A program made the translations under genes and the position numbers. Below are positions 35,301-41,700 of a stretch of 64,000 bases of DNA, one piece after another (position 1 is the stretch's first letter; each line of letters begins with the position of its first letter). This stretch comes from Giardia intestinalis. Taxonomy: Eukaryota. Under the pieces are notes generated by a model. The model saw nothing but the letters and a program-made list of their open reading frames with translations. It was not told where the DNA came from and made no database searches. Location: NCBI GenBank assembly GCA_000002435.2, contig CM018793.1; one strand, given 5' to 3'.

Positions 35301-36274
35301 GCGGCTGCTTTTGAGGGTGCAGAATGTCCTGCGTTTGCGGTCGTGTCCAAGGTAGCGTTGAAGTGAGATGGAATTAGTAGCTCCTTAAACACAGACAAGT
35401 TATTTATGGTGGAGAGTAACTCTCTAGAAAGTGCGGTTCTGCTGCTCAATAGGTGGGAGTGTTCAAAATTAATATTAATATATCTTTCCGAAAAGGGCTG
35501 AGTAGGCGAGAGAATACAAAACATGACTTCCGAAACTAACACAAAGAAGTGTACGCCAGCACTGTGAAGCGTAGATAGGTCTGTTCCGACTAAATACGAC
35601 AAAATAGGGGTCAGAAGCGATGTAAACCAATTCAAATGGCTGGAGTTACGTAACAGGATGAAGACTATGGGCTTGAGAAAGTCTATGAAGCATAGAGATA
35701 CTCCCTTGAAGAAGTCAATAGACTCGTCCGTCGGCAGCCCTGCTGCTGCAGAGATCTGGTTAAAGAAGCGCTTGTACAAACGGCACATGGCTTTGACGCA
35801 ATCAGCATTCTGGAAGATACGGCCCAACTGGTTCTGTGCTGCAGGCTGAGCTGTGCAATCTGCTCGCGAAAGTTTGTCGTGTCTGAGGCTCTTGGCTACT
35901 TGTGCTGTGCTGTACTTTTTGCAATGCCTTCCAACTGAGTGAGGCGTATCAGAGGCGGCTCCAGGACTGGGCAACCAGCCCTTACGGAAAGTGGCGGGCA
36001 CATGAGGAGCTCGCGTTAATATTTGGCCCAAGAGATACGTATCCGTGGAAACCAAGAGATCCAGTACAAGACTCACTTTTGCGATGGCGGCAGGACCCCA
36101 ACCAAGCGCTTCACGGCATATATAAAGAAAGTTGGCCATGTCGCGCCTCGTGAGAAAGGTAGCCGATGCGTTTAGCTCCACATACAGGAGCTCTAAGATT
36201 TCCAAGACATCTGGCAGGCTCTTCTTGGTCCCAATGAGTGTCTGCAGACGCCTGCGAAGGTGTTGAAGCTGCAT
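17312..36274 (-). CDS. Giant hypothetical protein (6320 aa), no recognisable catalytic motifs
   Basis: A single uninterrupted 18,963-nt reading frame from ATG at 36274. This is statistically impossible by chance at ~48% GC. No Walker A, kinase, HECT, BEACH or zinc-finger signatures were found by eye. The protein is leucine-rich and helical in character throughout. Confidence 0.6.
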   Translation of the reverse strand: MQLQHLRRRLQTLIGTKKSLPDVLEILELLYVELNASATFLTRRDMANFLYICREALGWGPAAIAKVSLVLDLLVSTDTYLLGQILTRAPHVPATFRKGWLPSPGAASDTPHSVGRHCKKYSTAQVAKSLRHDKLSRADCTAQPAAQNQLGRIFQNADCVKAMCRLYKRFFNQISAAAGLPTDESIDFFKGVSLCFIDFLKPIVFILLRNSSHLNWFTSLLTPILSYLVGTDLSTLHSAGVHFFVLVSEVMFCILSPTQPFSERYININFEHSHLLSSRTALSRELLSTINNLSVFKELLIPSHFNATLDTTANAGHSAPSKAAAAFHLTVTDPDTVTNLDILHLIKFYTLQKEIPIVTSITSKYSLHHALFIYSWCSKLLTAINKSKDFASVAEFLLLLRLLEYYAEIPIIVIAYLLEIITPAFFKLLSMNLMQELALPLTACLVSLNTFLTQFITQRQNTSTYAELLAFMRNKTMLLILKFSVQMTTWSGNNCFHILCAFHELLPTAELLMRTSPRTLDGESVRLESATLVTYSLTTLQNYISGLILFLRDASPSELRSFFADVHLGKLIDELLWPVHFFEQTLLPAIASSLATLILKLIKAIPRIFKDLTLATEMSSSAAHANTLFWQYAQLIDTFFHNLFLSPVSFFRVTLRYAEACSSKRLDTMELIRAISSIKVVQYIFTESFIKDLFFVLLTETCYLNKAYSLLRLYKLHSYCEKERSQLGSISSHTGATILLQNIMKEDEYGLGYYVLELVIRPMTMIIRFAALESFLSVLTQALYTNLYLHAEQSLANRAATEDFMFRLLIAFRPTTAETSSFIDYYKVLNARGLLEALLRISQHCIFGDSYIGTIQSLSSVVPKRHECTPINITEMEASLIYDILTLLFYNVIFPSPVHPVLLRRCIMSLVDYCSDHIFLYSHMAAVFATREQSILNILIELPAMAIATFPPIEVLLQRPEYFKEDDTIHLSRAKFHGNVESTIVQYIHSDLMAILRVCAAEHDAKALYKNFKWQTFKYLRGLTEFSNYLSMNRFSTLELTIYCYVNIPFIGHNSRLSSMVNFIRLAPYCLLSDNLSFRSYVLRILAGEGVSLVGDASFYKSRNSIQIQNSLDMLIYPHSLAARGIYYTRIDFSFRKSVSLFLSNHASASVLVETALMHILVILEYYISEHAIFAEDMALATTALVNIENQAPGGASSMKKTTKVGPLIRARPYRHRLDDLLLPLTRDLHESSSADADVYSGVLGCYPSFVDFLRKKLHDCSFTNLTLSTFQMLPTTSFELANFSMSAEHPVQYSDMYVSGRHILSPIAFGELSLLIKGRLGVYGEQLLNRFWANVPRALDPRSCAESDGTHTHTYKMYTSVPSFVLQAQNASFPQYKHYYTEDELSTIPFTQLKVSIKRAVYHYAVFFSRQPIFFHQFSEKVRADKDFVAFNVLILLEHAWRLLGINLTDFPTATSSGKVWEMQIDDLLLIVNHPKGLCAMQYSAEGISHIASLHYILLSLILQSISLPWPVRESEKTIVNGKSLMIYIISAATAQHNYDVLNVFLLMMLGKCEHSDHVVSDNMRQLMLVIIQDIFLKLDTISTPDLSAQSHVCPYGGCFVIGLQACLFLEHVVRHWAGSQFPMLHICKFLLTLMDLVGRLKHHIIIRTSLALGLLSFSREILSAISHSTSSHDLIPMTAFALISITKTLKQAAHVCAPIYGSYEFSNSVPLHPVLKNRVTVLLYEDAKSFYRLLDWLKQPPTFYNRVLFSAFSETILPKILGSCADGVFNVRGELAKMASLTESTFLEIGLKFLNSQEVFSAIRAGTYKQAQEHLIYALNVTCDVACSARASLLDLGSQRFYAVIYTAIKSTGGHAQQCFSNLCAFVRGMHYDAVFSHGAKLELADRMHAIRLCSLLQRSAINFIFQLIAGLSQCIASVDTASPDGLSSFLCSLKEHLTVACLRGILAFADETRYARYFASFGYHSISKEQANRYFSVVPTSFNVSLSDRQIFYVPVVGVSWTTVELKYLYYELRIAAECIASGLAGVNMDAIAPLIQRTLEPVIAYYADCHYPSPLFFKLGEVFVRYFNYMSLPFLSALLSPDKLRLLFLTEETLYTELTTNKLFPYAYLIQYALLTKFTCSNWVKQGCTSNILLINNTIKSCIYSFDRMLYALLSKGDTYQDSTGNTFSISNVITQDLLTACRNAIDTLLVIDRYELDSLNQPRLRMKAHFYIYNPPIFSSRRYTPTGMLSLLMMDAYDSASPLPQHNVEACSLEQVEECLMPSFPDSHVNLTFAFTTLRSRLLPALCISYGRYLEYIKHLFTAVFSLLDRIDITIGTGQQDEQQRVASISATLLKLVSIALHIGERTATNPQDFSCLSTTSARFDAETERALIESTCNCIVQFLPEKIAKLRAMAARLFNSSIRIGARAFCVLNPDFYVPQYKLHTAAFLLASETRISTSDRLELRQLALDGVYLSTLRTMFPRLAESNLSKLSFEAADITDEASAKDFFFIHLSSYIVGLGRAHNFVGIYNLLEKYFFPLLYAGLEKGWLSFDSYVAIVKHYRQILKDFTYDLTGLHMGQMVRFLGPLALAMESFKPLLYMAILMVTQPQDLLIDSLSRLLLFELSMEEVARLDDLCLKVIKQCHWYNYVSIPGQSSTLDLPITVTQYFLAFSLTSLLEVRYSEDIKIGFWRAVLPFLRLFPIVRGYRCCHDPAHYSSAIALMNSYVIMIVSQMSVLRRSRFVFCGRIINYMTSLSNALATTSEESLFDDEDTVLLLQTSSELIFTISTFILGLDLNVVNGSSNHHDALKACITLESDSETDKEVIGLINERKQKHIFAIYKRLLPALADDSILQAALSSIINLIAICYVHILCTSNFMFSQTFDTVSKALEPYLTGLIFVLLKIIAVCPKVGNSEETLYQESNNVMNSITEELEWAQLHKELTVSVKHRAFSIHTESPLKHGLKHYSSGSKGSKSRGSRHQADVLVISHEFLGDILVGLYKLLTPRDVLPNMTGSMAIKHDAHLVVYILTSSIDTRMENIQFREHKSSNEQLRPPKQSTLPDSSKRILPVCIRTTDLSELAIELIVHSGRVAEYKWFLLSILAHTKSSGTEFLLQRTSFLQRLCFALSFDRSFRFEYSARELTLSYRKDIVEECYYYLAKLSSCLFTLHRFIIALSSELRSVYATDWCLEIPSANYDIHPGAPAFYSLDLAASYSGKNIDRTDTLSMLRITLVRYVHAYRYYSNLLKPVILHLHSSYDPKQVSTLSLVLRFSFILLNDIASAPIVKCSVAFMSTNIYNTFFLGHTNIIHALEDLLGLAIVAFTTDRDRRDVSDGAVLKIPSSVLSYIKAFLAQLLEHYKSADRPNSDSAISPSVFMSLYTSLFSESRDIDMRKIDQISWNTLALPQEYLHAYNRYTSMMSSSSDHNKAVLEARVFIFLIHFNLVNQLLRSLEPFSFTIVISTLLFLRMLIYFNSFINFTLTNFNYFKTFFLGEFKDRINELVQFLIHLLNKNVGHYIAVLEPTPAVLFSAIDNEIVILQRECNKLWHLLSPGGYFLESNFFIANLTYHASDFSRYFVDALCKRILWNIVCETVSWYEDESNAAQRDLLHASVKEKLVAFVKFLKQREQLLAQTESECYSHILRDLRLIYLSLENNYVDPTMPLHKDTAQQYILPAAFLYDITSSAPGEIPEDGVIKILFSQVLPQQPLNLLRQRSDAFLLLSLFMRLAARPIDGLAEFCRVVTMYTSSFAILSSFAAETYHDFMTSLLNSTPDRHAWSLDLANEKRDLSRYNCNCHPSILISSQSRMGVQRLYQKLLNYLPTLRNLDSFLFTRNSFYRLVLGLIVEFGHFPCEPDTVISITESFCRHIPQQSNTSMGGLIRNFSKTLGFTSFIPTHAEPTVSGIGAGLPHIGNTAGNKYGFGLIWMFYEFLLKQWKAGPPIEYESCQARAPSTIISRRFYTDLRQNVRVVLELYNIVTDLLSTSAGDGSLPPNNLFQAPIDTAKYFVFSAQSTDGFYDNLTLTCDLQKITHIYLELLAISMQLYDRILFLPRLHDKVSTYKAKMLSGIPKYNEPIIKFEANTLTSIERIFAGRKDTHSIIRKKLEAYMVSADKLYMVREKLQSKETASIIPTSDDIAEIRSVEKGVTDVYREYIEALKKDKKEQLDMLMSYNYLIPRYFHVFNMAINDDPTTLQGICPELFEDFKEQLALRNGPAFSLPHVSEYSLGDIELLRKNLYATVTALFKILHIGVDCFSNQKYCVFNLSGLNKALTWELLLKRTAHASIKLLNDKELRLGWLLPFRLGTPPAPNLLGKQYIYLGTGSWRLSRINVFQAVQPTHPSVYRPNLLYLQSSLGIQKLYYKVFQRLSPVDMFSMQFLKHTGQYREAAAISILYLNHFVNENPEEASEYMVIYLSELRNLYYNPFRTYLQQLSEDKYTQLLSFWINETYYSVSHIQPRIANRETPYNSSPILSHASRMDPRYNMTEARFAYNGHLVAERNMEFLNIPRYIVNYFLNTHGTYVLSYFMSALRQVFSFNSNTHASARFIWDKAILDFHQNIKAIRQKFERAVEVVMASRRFKRDNPQHQDTDKLTDFFNYLNEVLKSSEFNTNAQQSNSLESYSSGQIMASTPVPHINSLCILANLFPGPSEELFGLHLPITVLSSSILSYTQEAFSSFSNASDAVNDAMLYSSPYLDDDKIIQPSILSTLTDSIFLFAYLYPKEAIEFVLKSTILKRSFCTHRSLSNYQFRALPYAININAADFAHLSPIVGFQIATYVPTGCMPGLQGMALTYRLDDLVSGSGKYEQYCKSALDLRASTLHQAFLTDNQVGLASAVTDSKLRSILSCNLDANADQSALKSAVSCDAMLTNLTVESQIYLLYFALTNPLDNAALIRRLLLSIRDMLISERVFLDANITSLLYQYADLSDIYSTLLYSITAIKRAYKQVIDKELLSQGQSLQQAIQSRKRTTDRFYRNFIHLPIVSLLSSFRTRHKDIYLAGPREISTWATCRLMVIISYTKVFSAPYQYLDDLYDESIDAQVRAIARSYSACLWDSLRSNFAITRPHTLNSIIEHALLLGMPAAARVANKKEVNWNEMQKLSNNLPYIAETVRCIRSQIFSLMKSGKFFNHKAVMSEDLKTSAQATSFLADNIKIDDNYAALNECLMYLENPTFLNDYIKTQKHLLEEIRTSLSHMRILVERSEMPFPSTVSESTSMALKSLGAGSNNPGAKDLPRYWQANTDLFLHHIDSFIKHTPAYPSSNSTHLGPVASADSSHLSDPQHSVLSPASLAHLWDLLVSFFVSCINSISNINEAADIETLNQLYESIHIEHVIPSKGVQGDDSTIKRRTTMLRYYRNILESRFCESRDRAALGTFNSMLNFILMPPSVFYMECGPAIANLYDGLSSSSVFSVFLKPQYGQWSMLDSILLYTLITSVMHIHPHHIAYNYRRIFCTISFYPRISRHNSVARLGFLTGLLINMYSDCDRQYPVLLKDGNYTAFPSYHVSPRLFVELTFILGIDILKVRNYLIKSSPIQDDTHQASISLLRQIKYWEILLVLLCEADAYTKEITYLDSSYRFDVLSALSELAKRQPLLRKIAPNSMQYKTDHDGLSLWLYLLHVRGNSSEARASKTSTEDVENIDQLLSLQQIFIGKITQLVSYDVQEKRKKVVYDILLALILEVELCVRNACSSRSVGERSAADKALSMLLGFGFLLFVFAYSIYRISTTLENESISLIAAFDGISAGTAPWYYSITKKLHSHLVAHNYEIFLGKNKTFLVSYKNLISEKFQARQQLIECIDRIINMQAQNGGSSDVVFKFFETYVHDYMCYLRDLVVQRNLESTEFWGIPSINTRRFRASQVVDASLGCHNPQAGATTSPLLTDIIGGFFYDDGLLYAENSISSATHFDIDSFSGVLPTPDPSFAMPAYNNRTDHISSGVGNSLTDNVLSYLIHTSSYCKRPIGPIILFISGLPIVKLSMSNVSYRFGGTVDYLVLEIPNNPYIIDCLSVLMPYAVPLRMGLYKDASNIVNGAINPSSHVIFWEKYINISRNVHVYHCKQTTYVDKFAGCSAATFQYNYRKLFGVRKAVSIGIAQRLILHELFNLPKMQLAEEAYDFSTGEVISFAPLSTPDMYGDTSAFKELCLRSIIIKSLATGQSVQDLHRCSPHTEHFDTQLTSHPRATIGQSLVHTLSLQILMAYCPLAISRAVRHMLLDSKSRYPQAVAQNVARTISVQNATTHISRTWTDEIEMQLLVNGLVEEYEGLQRDNVARAAMLLTSTVSSLDSRIPVSKVCVDSNDYTHINDVSELTVNESLTQPSLEYVAYCIDAGIDEGS

Positions 36275-36351
36275 TACGGAGAGAGCGAACCTGCGCCTTT
36301 ACAAGAGAAATGAAATGTAAATGATTTATTTGGACCGACCGACCTCACGGT

Positions 36352-37749
36352 TTACTTAGCGGGCTTGACGCTAACTATATACCCTATTGCAACAGTATCG
36401 CTCTCATGACGGAGAATGATACGCCCCAGAGCCTCGTGTCCGGCGTAGCTCTGGACACACACCGGCTTCTGAGTTATAATTTCGCAAATGATTCTAGCCT
36501 TGGAAAGAACGTGTGTAGGCCTACGTACCTTGAGAGGCTCAGTGGACACTATGTACTCGGGCTTCACCTTCCCTGTCTTGAGATCAAGGTCAGCCAAAAT
36601 GGCACGAATCTGGCAGCCCACCTGCTGGAGATTAATGTGTGCAACACAAGAGTAGCCGCTTGTAATGACAAGGTTCTCTGCTGTGGACACTATCAGCAGA
36701 TTGGCCTGAAATCTGTTTGTAACAGATACCGATGGTGATTGGCCGGGAGACGGCTGGGCGCAAATCACCGATCCCTCCGTCAAAAATTCCCATATGTCAT
36801 CCTTCACCTTAATACGCACATTGTCTCCTGCCTTGGCTTGTACAAGCTTGCTCCCCTCTTCTTGTTCGCCCTCAATGTCCAAAATGTCGAAGGCCTTATT
36901 TTCGGGGAGGCAAAGAACGGTATCTCCAATGCTCATTTTCCCCTGCTCAACCTTAACCACAATGAATGCACTGTTCTCCTTATAGTGACCACTGACACAG
37001 GCGCAGAGAGGAGACTTTGTATCACGTTTAGGGACCTTCAGCTCGTCCAGGAGGTCCAGGAATGATGGTCCTGAGTACCACTCAGACAGTTTGGGGTTCA
37101 GCTCCTTGGTTGATATCAGATTCTCGCCCGTGAAGCCCGAGATGGGTAGAAAGAAGATATTCTTGGAAGCGTACCCCACATTCTCGAGGTAGAGCTTCAG
37201 TTGGGAGACGATCGAGTCGTATCTCTTCTTGCAGTACTCCACCGTGATATCGTCCATCTTGTTAATGAGGCAGACAATCTGCTTGATGCCATTAACATAT
37301 GCCAGCAGCGCGTGTTCAGATGTCTGCCCGCCCCGCTCGAAACCACTCTCAAACTCCCCCTTGCGGGCGCTGATCACTAAAATAGCCGTGTCTGCTTGTG
37401 CTGCCCCGGAGATCATGTTGTGAACAAATCCTTTATGGCCTGGCGCGTCTATTATGGTAATTCTACGGCCGTTCGGGGTTAGAAATGATTCCCTGGCGCA
37501 TTCAACAGTCTTACCTTTTTCTCGCTCCTCCTCTGACGTGTCCATCGCGAACGCATACTTCCATGACTCACGGTTGAGGGCCTTGGCCTGCTGCTCCAAT
37601 TTCTCGAGCTGTCTCTTGTCCAGCTTTCCCAAATCTGAGACGAGGTGGCCGCTTATTGTAGACTTCCCCGCGTCAACGTGTCCAATGAATACAATGTTCA
37701 GGTTCTTGCGCTTCTCCTCCTCAACTTGCACCACCTCCTGAGACGACAT
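36352..37749 (-). CDS. eRF3/HBS1-family translational GTPase (EF1-alpha-like)
   Basis: G1 is GHVDAGKST, G3 is DAPGH and G4 is NKMD. The block NMISGAAQADTAILVISARKGEFESGFERGGQTSEHALLAYVNGIKQIVCLINKMDDITV matches eRF3/HBS1. A short N-terminal extension is present. I re-set the start to ATG at 37749 (MSSQEVVQ) with initiator AAATAAAAAATCAATG; the track start at 37812 is GTG. The AGTAAAC polyA signal overlaps the stop. Confidence 0.8.
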   Translation of the reverse strand: MSSQEVVQVEEEKRKNLNIVFIGHVDAGKSTISGHLVSDLGKLDKRQLEKLEQQAKALNRESWKYAFAMDTSEEEREKGKTVECARESFLTPNGRRITIIDAPGHKGFVHNMISGAAQADTAILVISARKGEFESGFERGGQTSEHALLAYVNGIKQIVCLINKMDDITVEYCKKRYDSIVSQLKLYLENVGYASKNIFFLPISGFTGENLISTKELNPKLSEWYSGPSFLDLLDELKVPKRDTKSPLCACVSGHYKENSAFIVVKVEQGKMSIGDTVLCLPENKAFDILDIEGEQEEGSKLVQAKAGDNVRIKVKDDIWEFLTEGSVICAQPSPGQSPSVSVTNRFQANLLIVSTAENLVITSGYSCVAHINLQQVGCQIRAILADLDLKTGKVKPEYIVSTEPLKVRRPTHVLSKARIICEIITQKPVCVQSYAGHEALGRIILRHESDTVAIGYIVSVKPAK

Positions 37750-37815
37750 TGATTTTTTATTTGCGATTTCTTGTGCCTCCTTGAGATGAAAAAGGCGGGC
37801 CAAGGACGACACACA

Positions 37816-38699
37816 CTAGGTATAAGGCCCATGTATCATCGTCTGCGAGTGTTGATAATGGTTAACACTCTGGGGAACCACTGTGGGATCATGAGTCTGC
37901 GTATTTTGGCTATAGATGGTTTGTTGAGGCTGATCGCTAGGCGATACCGCATTTTGAGATTGAAAAACAGTGGAGGGTTGATATGCTGGTTGCACAGCGA
38001 GGGCTGCAATGGCATCCTTGGGCTGCTGTATGAGGGCAGATTCCTGACACGCTTCCTGATAGAGAACAGCCTCCACCTTCATGTTATATGGAAGTTCTAG
38101 AGCGGAAAACAGATTGACCTGTGCAGTGGCTACGTCACGGGTAACTTCAGTACTCACACCAGCAGTCTCGGATGACCAGATGTTTAAGGCGGTTGTCGAC
38201 AAAATCAGCTGCGCGTGCTTCATGGTCTGGAAAAGGTCTGCCCACTGCACATATCGCCGTGCATCGAACCGTGCGCACATCCCTACTAGCTGCCTGTTTG
38301 AGTCCAGGTAGGCTTGCATTGCATCGGACTGCATCCCCACCTGTCCTTTCTTGGTAAGAAGCCGATGGGATCTCTGTGCTGTATTGATGGCGTTGTTTAT
38401 TGCATCTACGGTTGGGCTTATGTCGCTCAAAGCTCCGGCAAGAGCAGCGTACCTGTCAAAGGCTTGCGCCATGATTTCCAGCAACTGGCTTTGACGTTGG
38501 GCTATGGTCTCAATAACCACACGAACTGGCGCAGTCTCTAGAGCAGCTAACCTCTGCATAAAGTCCAGGGACTGCACTGCTATTCCACTAAACCTGCTCC
38601 ACGCCCCATAAATGGCAGCAAAGCATCCTGCACACTGGGCAGTCCCCTCTTTCAGGTTCTTGTAGAATCCCTTTATGCTTGCATATGAATTGAATGCCA
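37816..38699 (-). CDS. Hypothetical helical protein with Gln/Pro-rich C-terminal tail
   Basis: ORF with a helical N-terminal ~200 aa and a C-terminal low-complexity QPAYQPSTVFQSQNAVSPSDQPQQTIYSQNTQTHDPTVVPQSVNHYQHSQ. ATG (MAFNSYAS) re-set from the TTG track start at 38718. Confidence 0.35.
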
Positions 38700-38749
38700 T
38701 CCCCCAATTTTGAAACAACGCTGAAATTTTTGATTATGGGCCGCTTTTG

Positions 38750-41700
38750 CTACTGCCAAAGCGCACTGTGCAGCTCACTAAGAGCTTTGCTCTTCTCCAC
38801 CTGCGCCAAAATTTTAGCTCTGGCCATGATTGCTATGTATAATGCCTCAGCAGTAGAAATACTAAATGTGGCCTTGAGGTGCTCCACAACTCCCCCGAAC
38901 TCCTTGGATTTCAATATTTCTTTTTCCAACTGCTTAATGTACACATCCAATACCTCCGCAGAGCTCATAGTTTCGTTGGGTTCGTATAGCTTAGCAGTTA
39001 TTGCGAGATATGCTTGTAAACAAATTTCTGGAGGGCGGTTAAGTTGCTTAGAAACGTAATCAAACACGCCGAAGAACCCCCTATTTTCTGCTACGACGCG
39101 CCTGACAGTATTGAGAAGCACGAATTGCTCTATGGTTGTCCACTTACTCAAAATGGATGAGCCGTCTTTTTCCTTTCGTGCCCGCTCACTCTCCTTTGAG
39201 GTGTCGATTTTACAGTAGTTGACAGCCGTCTTCTCGCCTCTGACTGCCAATATTTTCTTAAAGCACGGCTCACAAACAAATCGACCGTGAGGATAGTGCC
39301 TGGACACACTGAGATTGTAGTGCTCTGTTTGAGTGTAGTTCTTGCATTCCCCGCAATAGAGGTGCACAAATTTGTTATAATTGCGAAAGATGGACTCCCT
39401 TCCTATGAGAAGTTGAAGGGGATCTTCGAAGGTTCTCCCCAGCGGTGGAACAGTCGACATGACAACCATGGACGGCTCGTTAATGATACGCCTTCTTTCC
39501 AGATACTCGTGTATGCACCAAATGTAGGTGTAATCTTGCTGAATCACGGACTTGCATGCATCAAGAGTCAGGTAGATGTGCGGTCTACACCTCCAAGCGG
39601 CAATGATGATGTTCCGTGTAGTTATGTAGGACTGCCAATCAAAGCCAGGGATCTGTGCAAAGTGTGCCTGCTCCCTTGGCGAAATAGAGTTGCGATTGCC
39701 TTTTGGCTCATTGTGCTGAGGGTCAAAGTAAAGGCAAGCGTGCTGTGCTATCGGAGAGTGGTGAGGGTCGAATAACAAAGTATTATGAATTGTGTCCATG
39801 ACGGTATTCAGGGGGATTCGTGTCAAGTTATCCTGCTCATCCACACGCGACTTAGTGTTCGCTTGCACGTTGGATGCGCTCTGCTTAGGGCGCGCGCTTG
39901 CAGCTGGCTGGTTATCTAAAAGAAAGTCGAAGTTGTGGAAAGACTGAGTGTGCGTAGACATTTGGTTACTATTCCTACTTTTCAAAAGTTTGAGGGTCTC
40001 GTTCAAATGAGTACTATAGGAATTTGTGAGCTTCATACTATGGTATAGCAGGCTGATGTTCGTAGAGAATAGAGGATCAACTCTTCTGTGCCATATAATG
40101 GGGATAGGATGTCCTCGCATGCTTGCACACAACTCCTGAATATTTATCGTCACTGTACTTCGCTTATTCTGATTATATTTTACATATATGTTCAGCAGAC
40201 TCGAGCCAGAGTCTCCATATTCCAAGAATCTCCGCATTTTGGCCGTCAACATCAACGTCTGGACATTAAAATCCTCGCGTCTAGGCCTCCCCACCATCCG
40301 TGACTTTAGCATGTCTGAAAAGAGTGGTGTGGGGTTTTCGCAGACAGGTATTCCTGCCAGCAGAAGCCCAAACTCTCTAAGTGCGTCCGGGCTACTATAT
40401 CGCTGCGTGGAGTACTCTACCTTTGAGGCATTCGGTATCAGAACGATCGTGTTTCCATGAACAACAACACTCCCTATGACCATTTCAAAACCCCGCAGAA
40501 TCGTAGGTTGGCCGTGCACCGTCAGGTGACTGCCTCTATACTGTGCGTGATGTAAGGTTGGTCCTCTGCCTATGGTGGGGACGGGATGCTTAGACTGATT
40601 GGCAGCAGCCACTAGATATGACTGGCCAGGTGTCTGGTGAGGTTGTTGCTGATGCACCCCGGCAGAAAGTGTCACGTGTCCAGCACTTTGTCGCTGCATT
40701 TGCTGCATGGAAGGAGTGGCTCCAGAAGGAGTAAGGGCAATCTGATTAATCTTTTGCAGCAACGCTTCAATATTCTGTGCAAGGGTAACCGTGTTTTGTG
40801 GACCTGACCGTTCAACTTGGAGTCCAGAGGATTGATGCTGAAAAGGTGGGGCATTCATAGACAGGCTCGGGTCTGCAGGGACTGTAGAGACTGGCTTAGT
40901 TGTTGTTAAGCGCTGAGCACGCTTTGATGCCGAGCGTTCCGTGATTCCCAATTGGTCTGCTGCCAAGCCAAGTTGAGTCATGCTTATCTTTGCTTCCTGG
41001 ACGCTATTAACATAGTCATACGGGTCCATCCACTCATTAAAGAAGATGGAGTCTGTTACATACTGGGGAGGTACAAGTATAGGTCCCTTGCGCTCATCAC
41101 TGATATAAAGTCCGACCGTCTGCTGCTCCATCGTGATTTTTGGTCGAAGAAAAGCACTCGGTGGGTACTCATCAATAATCAGAGAGGCAGCCGCTGACGC
41201 GCCAATCTGCTTGCTCCGGATTGCTTGGAGATCCCGAGAGCGCATTATAAAATCATAATCATGGGGTGTACACCGCACATGTACAAGCGTGTCGCCCTGC
41301 TTTTTGTTGCCCTCAGGAGGCTCCACCATCCGTAAGAAGAAGTTGTTAGTTGTCGGGATAGAGAGTAAGTCAATGACCGGAGAATCTCCCTTATCAACCA
41401 CAAACGCTAGGCTGGTAGAGGAGATTGGCTCATTCGATAGTTGTGATGATAAAATTTTTCTCTTGTAAGTCAGGAACTCAGACGGGATGGATGGACAGAA
41501 GACATTCTTGGGTTGAAGGCGAATGGAGCAGGTAGAATCTTCAGGAATATAGATAACTTCTCCGCGCAATGCAATAATAGATTCTGTCAGATCCTTCTTT
41601 AGGCCATTTAGATCTTCTGATAGATGGATTTTGGGGACATCCAATACTCCACGTTCTAATAGGAGATCATAGACTCTCAGATAAAGCTCCTTAAAGTCCT

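Noticed and set aside
38250..38275. TCGAACC T-loop-like strings at 38260 and 55115 (reverse strand), considered as possible additional tRNAs
   Set aside because: They have no complementary T-stem, acceptor stem or anticodon arm. The first lies inside a continuous coding frame.
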